DNA from: Promethearchaeota archaeon
GTDB lineage: Archaea > Asgardarchaeota > Lokiarchaeia > Sigyniarchaeales > SOKP01
NCBI GenBank assembly: GCA_016930515.1
Contig: JAFGGO010000161.1
Span: forward strand, 1 to 18,074
Length of the DNA: 18,074 nucleotides
Direction: 5' to 3'
Shown: positions 1-7,825 of the stretch, piece after piece
Numbering within the stretch: position 1 is the first letter of the stretch
How the letters are laid out: each line of letters begins with the position of its first letter
The notes under the pieces: generated by a model
What the model was told of the DNA's origin: nothing
The model's input: the letters and a program-made list of their open reading frames with translations, nothing else
The model's database searches: none
Translations under genes and position numbers: made by a program

Positions 1-964
1 AAATCCAAGGGAGGGATCCTATAAACAGGACGATTAGAAATATTAACAAATATTTTAAAAACGCGCTTATATATTCAATAAAATTTACTAAATTTTGTAT
101 AACACCCCTTAGATAACATGCAATTCTATTCTTTTTTTTAGATACCTCTAAACAAGAAATTCTTCTCAGTTTCGCTCTTATTTTTTCTCGAGCAAAAATT
201 TCACATCTATGAATCTTGGGATTGGCAAGAGAGCGTGATAATACTCTTTTTTTTCTTGATTTAAGAGAGATGTATACAATACAAGGTAATATAAAGAAAA
301 TTACGATCGTTTTAAACAATACGGCAATTCCCAAAAAAAACACACCAAGAGAGTAATTTTCTGAAGCAATATAATATAAGGCAATAATAAAAAATAAGGT
401 AATAAGAGAAGTGTTTAAAAGAAGACCACCAGTATAGAGAATTAATAATGGAGAAAAACAAGTAAGTAAAAAAGCCCATCGTGCTAACTTTTGAGAGAGA
501 AATTTTCTTACAAATTTATATATTACAAAAGGTAATAGAATATCTGCGAGTAATAAAGGAACAAACACTAAAGAAACATCTATTAAGGCAGGAATCGTTA
601 TCACATATAAAAAAAGAGGCGGATTTATAAGTCCATGGGCATATAGATATAAATAATCCTGATAACTTTCTAACCCGCATTGTATAAATGGAATGCGATT
701 ATAAGGGATCCAATTACCTTTAACAAAATTTTCTGCAAATAATTGATACCAGAGTTTATAATCGGGATAAGGTTCGATGGTGCTAAGTAAGATCGTTTCG
801 ATATTATCGAATTGTAAATCACGATTTATGTCTAAAAATAATATCTGGAGCACCATTATGAAAACTCGAATGAGTAATGATAAAATGAACAGAATGGTTA
901 TCTTATTATTCGTTCCAGATTTAGTTAAAAATTGATTGAAATTAAATTTGTTGATGAAATTCAT
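1..964 (-). CDS. Multi-pass membrane glycosyltransferase, GT-C fold (GT87/PIG-M/PMT-like); partial, 3' end outside window
   Basis: Hand translation from ATG at 964 is open to position 1 (about 321 aa): MNFINKFNF...ILFILSLLIRVFIM...PDYKLWYQLFAENFVKGNWIPY...INPPLFLYV...LLLADILLP...CFSPLLILY...FFLGIAVLFKTIV...LP. TM1 ending in LxxR, a loop Asp, the PY and xPP motifs and the GxAxxxK helix are typical of GT-C enzymes. Absent from the ORF track, presumably because it has no stop codon in the window. Confidence 0.72.
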   Translation of the reverse strand, partial: MNFINKFNFNQFLTKSGTNNKITILFILSLLIRVFIMVLQILFLDINRDLQFDNIETILLSTIEPYPDYKLWYQLFAENFVKGNWIPYNRIPFIQCGLESYQDYLYLYAHGLINPPLFLYVITIPALIDVSLVFVPLLLADILLPFVIYKFVRKFLSQKLARWAFLLTCFSPLLILYTGGLLLNTSLITLFFIIALYYIASENYSLGVFFLGIAVLFKTIVIFFILPCIVYISLKSRKKRVLSRSLANPKIHRCEIFAREKIRAKLRRISCLEVSKKKNRIACYLRGVIQNLVNFIEYISAFLKYLLIFLIVLFIGSLPWI

Positions 965-972
965 AGAGTTTG

Positions 973-1011
973 AACAATTAATTGTTATGTTTGGTAGAAA
1001 AGATTTATAAA
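973..1011 (-). promoter_or_regulatory. Putative TATA box (TTTATAAA, about 1004-1011) plus perfect 14-bp palindrome AACAATTAATTGTT (973-986) upstream of the GT-C gene
   Basis: The TATA-like octamer lies about 40 nt upstream of ATG 964, and the palindrome overlaps the expected transcription start. The AT-rich background lowers specificity. Confidence 0.35.
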
Positions 1012-1112
1012 AATAATTAATGAATGAATAAAACTTTTAGTGTGATAGTCAAGTTGAGTTTTTTGAGTTGTTTATGTTAGGAACTCTATCTAAATTGCAT
1101 TAAAAGAGGAAA

Positions 1113-1142
1113 TTATAAAAATAAAATTATAAATAAAAAAAA
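1113..1142 (-). terminator. Archaeal oligo-U terminator after the surface protein gene
   Basis: Minus-strand T-rich tract (TTTTTTTTATTTATAATTTTATTTTTATAA) immediately after the TAA stop at 1143. Confidence 0.45.
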
Positions 1143-4100
1143 TTAGAAATATTTAATTCGTTTTCTTTTTACCAAATAGATCGATAAGGCACCTAAACTA
1201 ATTGCTAAGAGTAGCGCTGCCATTGTAAAACCAGGAACTCGGTTTTCTTCATTAAATGCTTCTTCGTCGATCGTGATAGCAAATACGAGGTCGATCACTC
1301 CGTTTTCATAAGCCTCCATGAAATCGAGGATGAGAGCACTATCGGTGTTTTCCGTAATCAATGAAGATAATAGATCTTCTGTGACGTCTTCCCAGTCGTG
1401 AGCATATGAATCCCAGACCCATAGTTTAAGCTTGGAAAAGTCTTGTGAAAGGTCAATCGTATCTGGTAATCCAATAGTTACGGTAAGAGAATCGCCACTT
1501 TGGATGCCTGTTACTAGAAAATCACAGTAAAAAACCATTGTGCCATTGCCAATAGTGATACCACCAGGAACATCATTGAATATAGCGAAATACATGTCCA
1601 CTATTCCTGAAGTTTCAAGTACCACACTTGTCGTGATATCGTCAGCAAACGGATTGTTAAAATTGAATGTCGTCGTGCCAGATCTAGATTGATACTCCAT
1701 CAAATATCTGCCGAACATCTCGTATTCTCCAGGATATTCGTGAGAAGGTATCCTACCCACGATTAGTTGAGTAACTCCAGTAAGCGAATTAAAACTCCAG
1801 TCAAAAAACGCCTCCGATGTCGATGATTCGATCCTCAAGTGATCGTTTTCCATTAAGACCACGGTATCAGAACCCGTGAGTGCCATGATAGGCTCGATAA
1901 AGGCGTATAGCGACGCACCTGTAGTTCCTTGTGGGAGCAAGAAAAATTCGGGATTTGGAGAAAGATCCAAGGATGCGTTGAAAGTGAATAAGAAATATTC
2001 GTTCGCCCAACTGATAACTCTCGTACCAAGAGATTGCCAGGACATGGAAGTCACATCCCATCTGAAAATATTAGCTTCTGCTAATCGGAAAGCACACAGA
2101 GAAGCATCGTTGAAAGACAAGTGCATGTCTTGGAGGTTTACAACTTGAATCTCGGTAGTGTTAGAGATCTGGATCATTACCCGTTGGTCCGGATTTCCAT
2201 AGTAATAAGTCTCTCCGGGATTTACGCCCCAAGACATTTCGTTAACGGGATTTGGATCAAATATCTGCCTTCCTTGGAGCTCAATTTCCATTGTCATTAC
2301 TCTCGTATGCAAATCAAACTCGTTAAGAGTCCCATTCGCATAGAAAGTCAAGTTGAGATAATATGATGTTCCATATTCTGACATGTATAGATTATTACCA
2401 CTGATGGTCATATTGTTGAAAGAAGGTAACTCGTATATCGAGCCATAAAACGCCATTAATGCGATTCCTACTGCGCTCAAGTTCAAGCTTCCATATTGAA
2501 CTGGCACGATCGATGGAATCCCCCACGAATAAGGTCCAAGTATCATTGTAAGGGAACCTCCGTTGGTACTGATCTGTCCAAAAGTCATTGGAGGCCATCC
2601 GTTTGGAATTAATCCAGAAATTCCGTCGTGATGCATCCCAGAAGCGTTTACAATAGACCACATTTGAGAGTGATCGTAGATATCTCCTATAAACGTCACG
2701 TTATATGTCGTGAAATCATTGTATGGCATCAATTCGCTTCCATTGCTTACAGTTCCCTGCGTTAAATAGGTATATATATCACCTTGGTTTATAGCCCAAC
2801 TCCATTCTTTTCCAGCACCTAATGCAAAATAAGACACATTTCGGAGTAATCCACCAGTTTGAGAAAGTGGCGTGGTTATGGTGTTTGTTGCAGTATCTCT
2901 AATGAATGCATATTCTGGTGCTGGCATCCACCGTCTTTCTTCCATGCTAAACAAATAAGGCCACAAGTATTCTTCGTTAAATCCATTTAATAATGTCTCA
3001 TCGTATTCGATTGTTAAATTAGCAGAAGAAATAAAGAGGTCATAGCTCGCATATAAATCGAGGTATAGCGGCATCGTTAATATCTCTCCGTAGAAAGGCG
3101 TGAGAACGGGATTAAACGGTAGTACTGCAGAATATATGTCAACGCTATTAGATGTGGTAAGATCCAAGTAAAGTTCCGCACTTCCAAGGCCGTTGTGGTA
3201 AACATTTGAAGGATATAATTGTATTTGAGTTGTAGTTGAAGTGAAAATCGAAGTACAATTCTTTCTGAAGATAACCGACATTGGATTGCCCATATCGTCG
3301 TTTGAGATCATCCATTCGAGAATTCCCGTGGCAATATTATATTTGCCCTTCATTTCTCTTAGGTTTGTAGAGCTGCTAGTACTAAACGAGAATGTTCCAT
3401 CGGGATCAAAAGAATATGTGTCATATTGTTCCTTCATAAACTGATACATAAAGGGTACCAGGACGAATTCCACATCGTCAATTTGGGTATTCTGTGGATA
3501 AAAGAAGAAGTGAGGTCCCTCTTGCTTCTCGTGAATGTTAATTCTATTGTTGGTGTTGAAACCCCTATCAATCAGACCTTCACCAGGACCTTTATCTTCT
3601 ACTTGAATATTTATGTGCGTTCCATTATCATATACATTTTCGATGCGATAATATGTATCCATGGATTTTCCATCCATATCTAGGATTTCAAGTTCTTTAT
3701 CCACCCAAGTTGGGTAATTTGGGTGAAATCCACCAATCGAAAGGTTCAAGTTGCCGTCGATGGACGCGATGGGATAATCTTGGAGTAACATATTACCTTC
3801 CCCCATCAAGACCATTAAATTTACGGGATTCATGTTATTTGCCATTCCTATTAACATGGATGGTGCCACGAGTTCGTATTGTTGATTAGTGACATTCCAA
3901 ATCGATATATCAGCGAATACTTGTTGAAAACATTGCAAGTAAGGAAATCCCCAAGAAGCATATACTGGAGCAAGTGTTGTATTGATATCGATTATCGTGA
4001 TTTTCAACTCGTTGTAATTAATCCCATCACTACCATTGTCATACCATCGGGAGTTTTCTCCGAAATAATAATCGTCTCCTAGCATAAAGTCCCATGAGAC

Positions 4101-4913
4101 TTGGTTAACAAGATCAAGATCAAAAACCCTACGAATTTTGGTCGTAATTTGAATCATTGGGTCAGAAGATTCTCCCAATTTCATCAAGTATTCGGCATCT
4201 ATTGAATCGATTGTTCCATTATCGAAAAAACTTACATTAAGATAATAACCCTCCAAAATGTTTCGAAACGATATCTTGTTTAACATAGGATATACATCGA
4301 GTGATTCAAAAGAATTAATAAAGCCCATTTCGCTATAGATTCCAAGATATGTATCGTTCATTATTTGAGCAATCGTAGAGAGCTCTAAAACAGAAGCATT
4401 CAACGGAACAATTATTGGTAAAGGAGATCTGTAATATCCTATGTAGTGTTCTTGATGTTTTGTATCGTTATATCCAAACATTGCTATTGGAATTTCTTCT
4501 TCGGTCTCGTTGTCCCTGTAAACATCTGTCATATTATACCCAATAAACTGCCCAGAAGTGCAATTCCAATAGCATTCCGTTCCATATATAGCGGATGTGT
4601 TTCCATACGGAGGATAATCAGTAGTTCCGTCTAACGTGATGTTCTTGATCTCGGTGATATTGAGAATTTTTCTTATCTTGTATTGTGTCAGAATTTGGTT
4701 ATTAGATTGGTTTAAAACCGTCGTTTCTTCGTCGTATATTATCTTTGTATCGGGTATTATATCGTCATGCCACGCCCATTGGTTATAAATGCTCGGCTCA
4801 GGAACTGGTGTAGCCGCCACGACCGATGGCGTCATAAAACCAAGAAAAATTCCCGCTGGAAAGAATACGAGAAGAACTAAAAGCAAGCTTTTTTTTATTT
4901 TTGTATTGTTCAT
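1143..4913 (-). CDS. Large cell-surface glycoprotein with signal peptide and PGF-type (archaeosortase-like) C-terminal anchor; internally duplicated
   Basis: 1256 aa. N-terminal KIKK followed by a hydrophobic stretch. C-terminal VPGF + TM helix + KRKRIK. Many N-x-S/T sequons, beta-rich sequence, recurring W-x(3-4)-G[DE]-x-Y-x-[YF] module starts. Confidence 0.82.
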   Translation of the reverse strand: MNNTKIKKSLLLVLLVFFPAGIFLGFMTPSVVAATPVPEPSIYNQWAWHDDIIPDTKIIYDEETTVLNQSNNQILTQYKIRKILNITEIKNITLDGTTDYPPYGNTSAIYGTECYWNCTSGQFIGYNMTDVYRDNETEEEIPIAMFGYNDTKHQEHYIGYYRSPLPIIVPLNASVLELSTIAQIMNDTYLGIYSEMGFINSFESLDVYPMLNKISFRNILEGYYLNVSFFDNGTIDSIDAEYLMKLGESSDPMIQITTKIRRVFDLDLVNQVSWDFMLGDDYYFGENSRWYDNGSDGINYNELKITIIDINTTLAPVYASWGFPYLQCFQQVFADISIWNVTNQQYELVAPSMLIGMANNMNPVNLMVLMGEGNMLLQDYPIASIDGNLNLSIGGFHPNYPTWVDKELEILDMDGKSMDTYYRIENVYDNGTHINIQVEDKGPGEGLIDRGFNTNNRINIHEKQEGPHFFFYPQNTQIDDVEFVLVPFMYQFMKEQYDTYSFDPDGTFSFSTSSSTNLREMKGKYNIATGILEWMISNDDMGNPMSVIFRKNCTSIFTSTTTQIQLYPSNVYHNGLGSAELYLDLTTSNSVDIYSAVLPFNPVLTPFYGEILTMPLYLDLYASYDLFISSANLTIEYDETLLNGFNEEYLWPYLFSMEERRWMPAPEYAFIRDTATNTITTPLSQTGGLLRNVSYFALGAGKEWSWAINQGDIYTYLTQGTVSNGSELMPYNDFTTYNVTFIGDIYDHSQMWSIVNASGMHHDGISGLIPNGWPPMTFGQISTNGGSLTMILGPYSWGIPSIVPVQYGSLNLSAVGIALMAFYGSIYELPSFNNMTISGNNLYMSEYGTSYYLNLTFYANGTLNEFDLHTRVMTMEIELQGRQIFDPNPVNEMSWGVNPGETYYYGNPDQRVMIQISNTTEIQVVNLQDMHLSFNDASLCAFRLAEANIFRWDVTSMSWQSLGTRVISWANEYFLFTFNASLDLSPNPEFFLLPQGTTGASLYAFIEPIMALTGSDTVVLMENDHLRIESSTSEAFFDWSFNSLTGVTQLIVGRIPSHEYPGEYEMFGRYLMEYQSRSGTTTFNFNNPFADDITTSVVLETSGIVDMYFAIFNDVPGGITIGNGTMVFYCDFLVTGIQSGDSLTVTIGLPDTIDLSQDFSKLKLWVWDSYAHDWEDVTEDLLSSLITENTDSALILDFMEAYENGVIDLVFAITIDEEAFNEENRVPGFTMAALLLAISLGALSIYLVKRKRIKYF
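1270..4780 (-). repeat. Protein-level two-fold tandem duplication inside the surface protein (aa about 45-703 vs about 704-1215)
   Basis: Collinear motif pairs: PIIVPLNASVLELS/PSIVPVQYGSLNLS; YYLNVSFFDNGT/YYLNLTFYANGT; RVFDLDLVNQVSW/QIFDPNPVNEMSW; PHFFFYPQNT/PEFFLLPQGT; LTTSNSVDIY/LETSGIVDMY. Confidence 0.7.
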
Positions 4914-5038
4914 TTTTAATCAAATTTATTCTATTTTGTTCAAATGTTGGAGAAAAAGTGCAAAATGCATAATATTAGTAAAAAGATGCGTTTTTATATT
5001 TTTGTCCTAGATCTTTTTATACACAAAAAAAGATTATA

Positions 5039-6010
5039 ATGGTAATTATTCTTATTAAAAATGTGGTGTCGATAAGTTCTTCTAGTGCTATAAGGAAGCG
5101 CGCCAAGGAACATTGCAAATCCATCAATAATTGGGATCTTAATAATGTTGAAGACACATGTAAAAATATGGAGAAGTTTATAAAACTCGAATACGATTTA
5201 ATCCCCGAAAAGGAACGCCTGGGTAAAGGAATTGTGTATATTTCCCAGCATGCCCTAAAAGAATTTTATTCTTTTTTAATAGTACAAAAAAAATTTGATG
5301 AAATTGATATTATTGAATTTTCAAAACAAGTCCTAACAATCTATGGTCCGCAGAAAAACATTTTATTGTTAACTGCTTCGTTGTTCCTCCTTTCAGAGTT
5401 AATAAAACAGCGTCCCGGAAGTTTCGATCAAATTACTGAATTACTTGAGAAATATGCAAATCATTCTGAATGGGCAGTTCGGGAAACCTCTATATATCCT
5501 ATTTTATCAGGTTTAAGAAAAAAACCTGAGATAGTGTTACGAAAATTAAAGATTTGGGCTAATAGTCCAGAAGAGAACCTTAGAAGATTAGTATCGGAAA
5601 GTTTACGACCTAGATCCCAGGTAAAATGGTTAAGAGATCCAAGCAAGAACGGGAAAGTCTTGGAATGTCTTTCAAAGCTCAGAAAGGATCCATCTATATA
5701 TGTTCGAAAATCGGTCGGGAATAATATTAAGGATTTGTCCAAATATATGCCTTTAGAAATGTTAAATTTGATGGAAGCGTGGATGGAACAGCAGCATAAA
5801 GAAACGGGTCTTGAGGTAAGAGAGGATTTATCATCTGAAAAGGGTTTGAATCCACAAGAAAAGCGTTTAGTTTGGACGATCAAACATGGAATGAGGTGGA
5901 TGAGAGAAAGGAACCCCGAGTATCATGCGAAAATAGAAAAGATTCTTGGAAGGAATTATGTTCTTTATTTTGATGAAAAAAAAAACAAACTCGCAAGAAA
6001 GATTCCTTGA
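5039..6010 (+). CDS. HEAT-like repeat DNA alkylation repair protein (AlkC/AlkD superfamily, AlkC-like)
   Basis: Motifs HSEWAVRE, WANSPEENLRRLVSESLRPR and DPSIYVRKSVGNNIKDLSK match AlkC-family HEAT repeats. The true start may be slightly downstream (GTG near 5063-5066). Confidence 0.72.
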   Translation: MVIILIKNVVSISSSSAIRKRAKEHCKSINNWDLNNVEDTCKNMEKFIKLEYDLIPEKERLGKGIVYISQHALKEFYSFLIVQKKFDEIDIIEFSKQVLTIYGPQKNILLLTASLFLLSELIKQRPGSFDQITELLEKYANHSEWAVRETSIYPILSGLRKKPEIVLRKLKIWANSPEENLRRLVSESLRPRSQVKWLRDPSKNGKVLECLSKLRKDPSIYVRKSVGNNIKDLSKYMPLEMLNLMEAWMEQQHKETGLEVREDLSSEKGLNPQEKRLVWTIKHGMRWMRERNPEYHAKIEKILGRNYVLYFDEKKNKLARKIP

Positions 6011-6291
6011 ATTTCACGCTTGAAGAAAAGAAAAAAAAAACTTCCAGACGCTTATCACTTATAAATTTAACCCCCGAGTGTTTTGCCACTCCTAAGGTTT
6101 ATAAAGAACAAAAAGATCATTCTAGTAGGAAATTTTTTATTTTGGAGTGAAATAATGATCTATTTTATTAAACGAGTATCTATACAAAATGAAAAATTAT
6201 TTTTTGCATTATCTTATTGTAATTAAATAATCAAAATTCTTAAAATACCATTACTTTCAAAATATTAATTTAAAATTCGTGAGAGCCAAAA

Positions 6292-7785
6292 ATGTCCGAC
6301 AAATTAAAGGAGTCCGAGGAAAACAATCAAGAGGAAGAGAAAAACGATAGAACAGAAAAGGATAATCAGGACCTTTTGAAAGAATTCGATAAAGTAAATA
6401 CTGAATTCTTGGATAAAGCAAAAGATTCTCGTGACATGATTGATAAGAGATTAAGAACATTCGAAGATAGCATCGAAAAAATGTCTGAAAAGGTTCCAGA
6501 TTTTAAACCAATCCTTGATCTAGAAGAAGCATCCTTGGAAGAAGTTCAAAAACAAGTAAAAGAAGCCCAAGTATTTTTCGAATCTTTATTAAAAAAGATC
6601 AACGAAAAAAAGGAATATTTGGAAGCTATGGAAGAGACTATCAGCGCATTAGAAGAAAGATATGTGAGAAAAACCGAAGAAATTAACACTCTTGAAGACG
6701 CCCTCAAAATCACGAAAGAAAGCATGGTAAATTTGGAAGAAGAATACAAGGAACTCTTGAAGAACAACGAACAATTAGTAAAGACATACGAAAATAGACA
6801 AGTTGATCTCATCGTACTTACAGACGGCATTAAGGAGAAAATTGCCACACAAGACGAATTACGCCAGAAAATAACTAAACTTAATGAGAAGGTAGAAGAA
6901 AACAAGACTTTATTGGAAATGCAAGCGGATGAAACAGCAGCACTCGAAAAGAAAATCAAAAGTCTTCAAGCAGAAAACGAAACTCTTAAAGTTACGATAG
7001 GAAAGAATAAATTCGAATTAGATCATTCAAATCAAGAAATCGAAGCTAAAGAAGACGAAAAAAAACTTCTCAATGAGCAAATACAAAAAAAAGAAGCTCG
7101 GCTCAAAAAATTAGAGAAAACGCTCAAGGAATACAACGAGGGCTTCCCCGAAATGGAAAAACAAAAAGAAGCCTACGACGAACTGCTTATAAAATATAAG
7201 TTCCAACTCACGGAAAAGCAACAAGAAATGATCAAGATTGAGTCTAAAATTCAAGAATTAAACGCTTCTTTAGGATCCATTAATGAACAAATCTCCTCAA
7301 AAGAGGACTTACTCGAAGTTTACGAAAAAAGAATCGACGACCTAAAAAAAGGAATAGAAATATCAAATAACGAGTATAACGAACGAGAAAATCGCCTTAG
7401 CGCGATCACGGAAAAACTCGAAGGGTTGAGAACAGAACACGAAAAGCTCGAAAAATCGCGAGAAATTATTGACGGAAGCATTAGCGATTCAAAAAGTATT
7501 TTCCAGAAATTAAAATTAGAATTGGACGCTCAGGAAAAGGAACTCCGAGACAAGGAAAGTAGAATTCACAGGTTGGAGATGCTTTCGTTAATTTATCGAG
7601 CATCAAAGTTTTTTGGTGGAATTTTAATCGGTGTTGGTATTCTCTTTTTGTTGTTTGGAATCGGATCACTATTAAACATCGATTTTGGAAATCCTGATTT
7701 AAGTGCAAGCTTGTTTGGTGGTTTACTAATTTTTGGTTCAATTTTAATTTTGATTTCCGGCATATTTCACCTTGAAAAATCTTGA
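6292..7785 (+). CDS. Long coiled-coil protein with two C-terminal transmembrane helices
   Basis: 497 aa. About 430 aa of E/K/L-rich heptad sequence, then FFGGILIGVGILFLLFGIGSLL and LFGGLLIFGSILILISGIF. No Walker A/B motifs and no signal peptide. Confidence 0.8.
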   Translation: MSDKLKESEENNQEEEKNDRTEKDNQDLLKEFDKVNTEFLDKAKDSRDMIDKRLRTFEDSIEKMSEKVPDFKPILDLEEASLEEVQKQVKEAQVFFESLLKKINEKKEYLEAMEETISALEERYVRKTEEINTLEDALKITKESMVNLEEEYKELLKNNEQLVKTYENRQVDLIVLTDGIKEKIATQDELRQKITKLNEKVEENKTLLEMQADETAALEKKIKSLQAENETLKVTIGKNKFELDHSNQEIEAKEDEKKLLNEQIQKKEARLKKLEKTLKEYNEGFPEMEKQKEAYDELLIKYKFQLTEKQQEMIKIESKIQELNASLGSINEQISSKEDLLEVYEKRIDDLKKGIEISNNEYNERENRLSAITEKLEGLRTEHEKLEKSREIIDGSISDSKSIFQKLKLELDAQEKELRDKESRIHRLEMLSLIYRASKFFGGILIGVGILFLLFGIGSLLNIDFGNPDLSASLFGGLLIFGSILILISGIFHLEKS

Positions 7786-7825
7786 TAATATTCTTATTCA
7801 ATTAATGAGCTCATTCTGATTTAAA

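Noticed and set aside
1867-4634. Short ORFs overlapping the 1256-aa gene on either strand
   Set aside because: Shadow ORFs within a long, well-formed CDS, with no recognisable motifs.
1143-4913. Slightly higher GC in the surface protein gene as evidence of horizontal transfer
   Set aside because: Spot checks show the core PINA gene reaches similar GC, and there are no mobility genes or flanking repeats.
6292-7785. SMC/Rad50 assignment for the coiled-coil protein
   Set aside because: No Walker A/B, signature motif, hinge or zinc hook, and it has TM helices.
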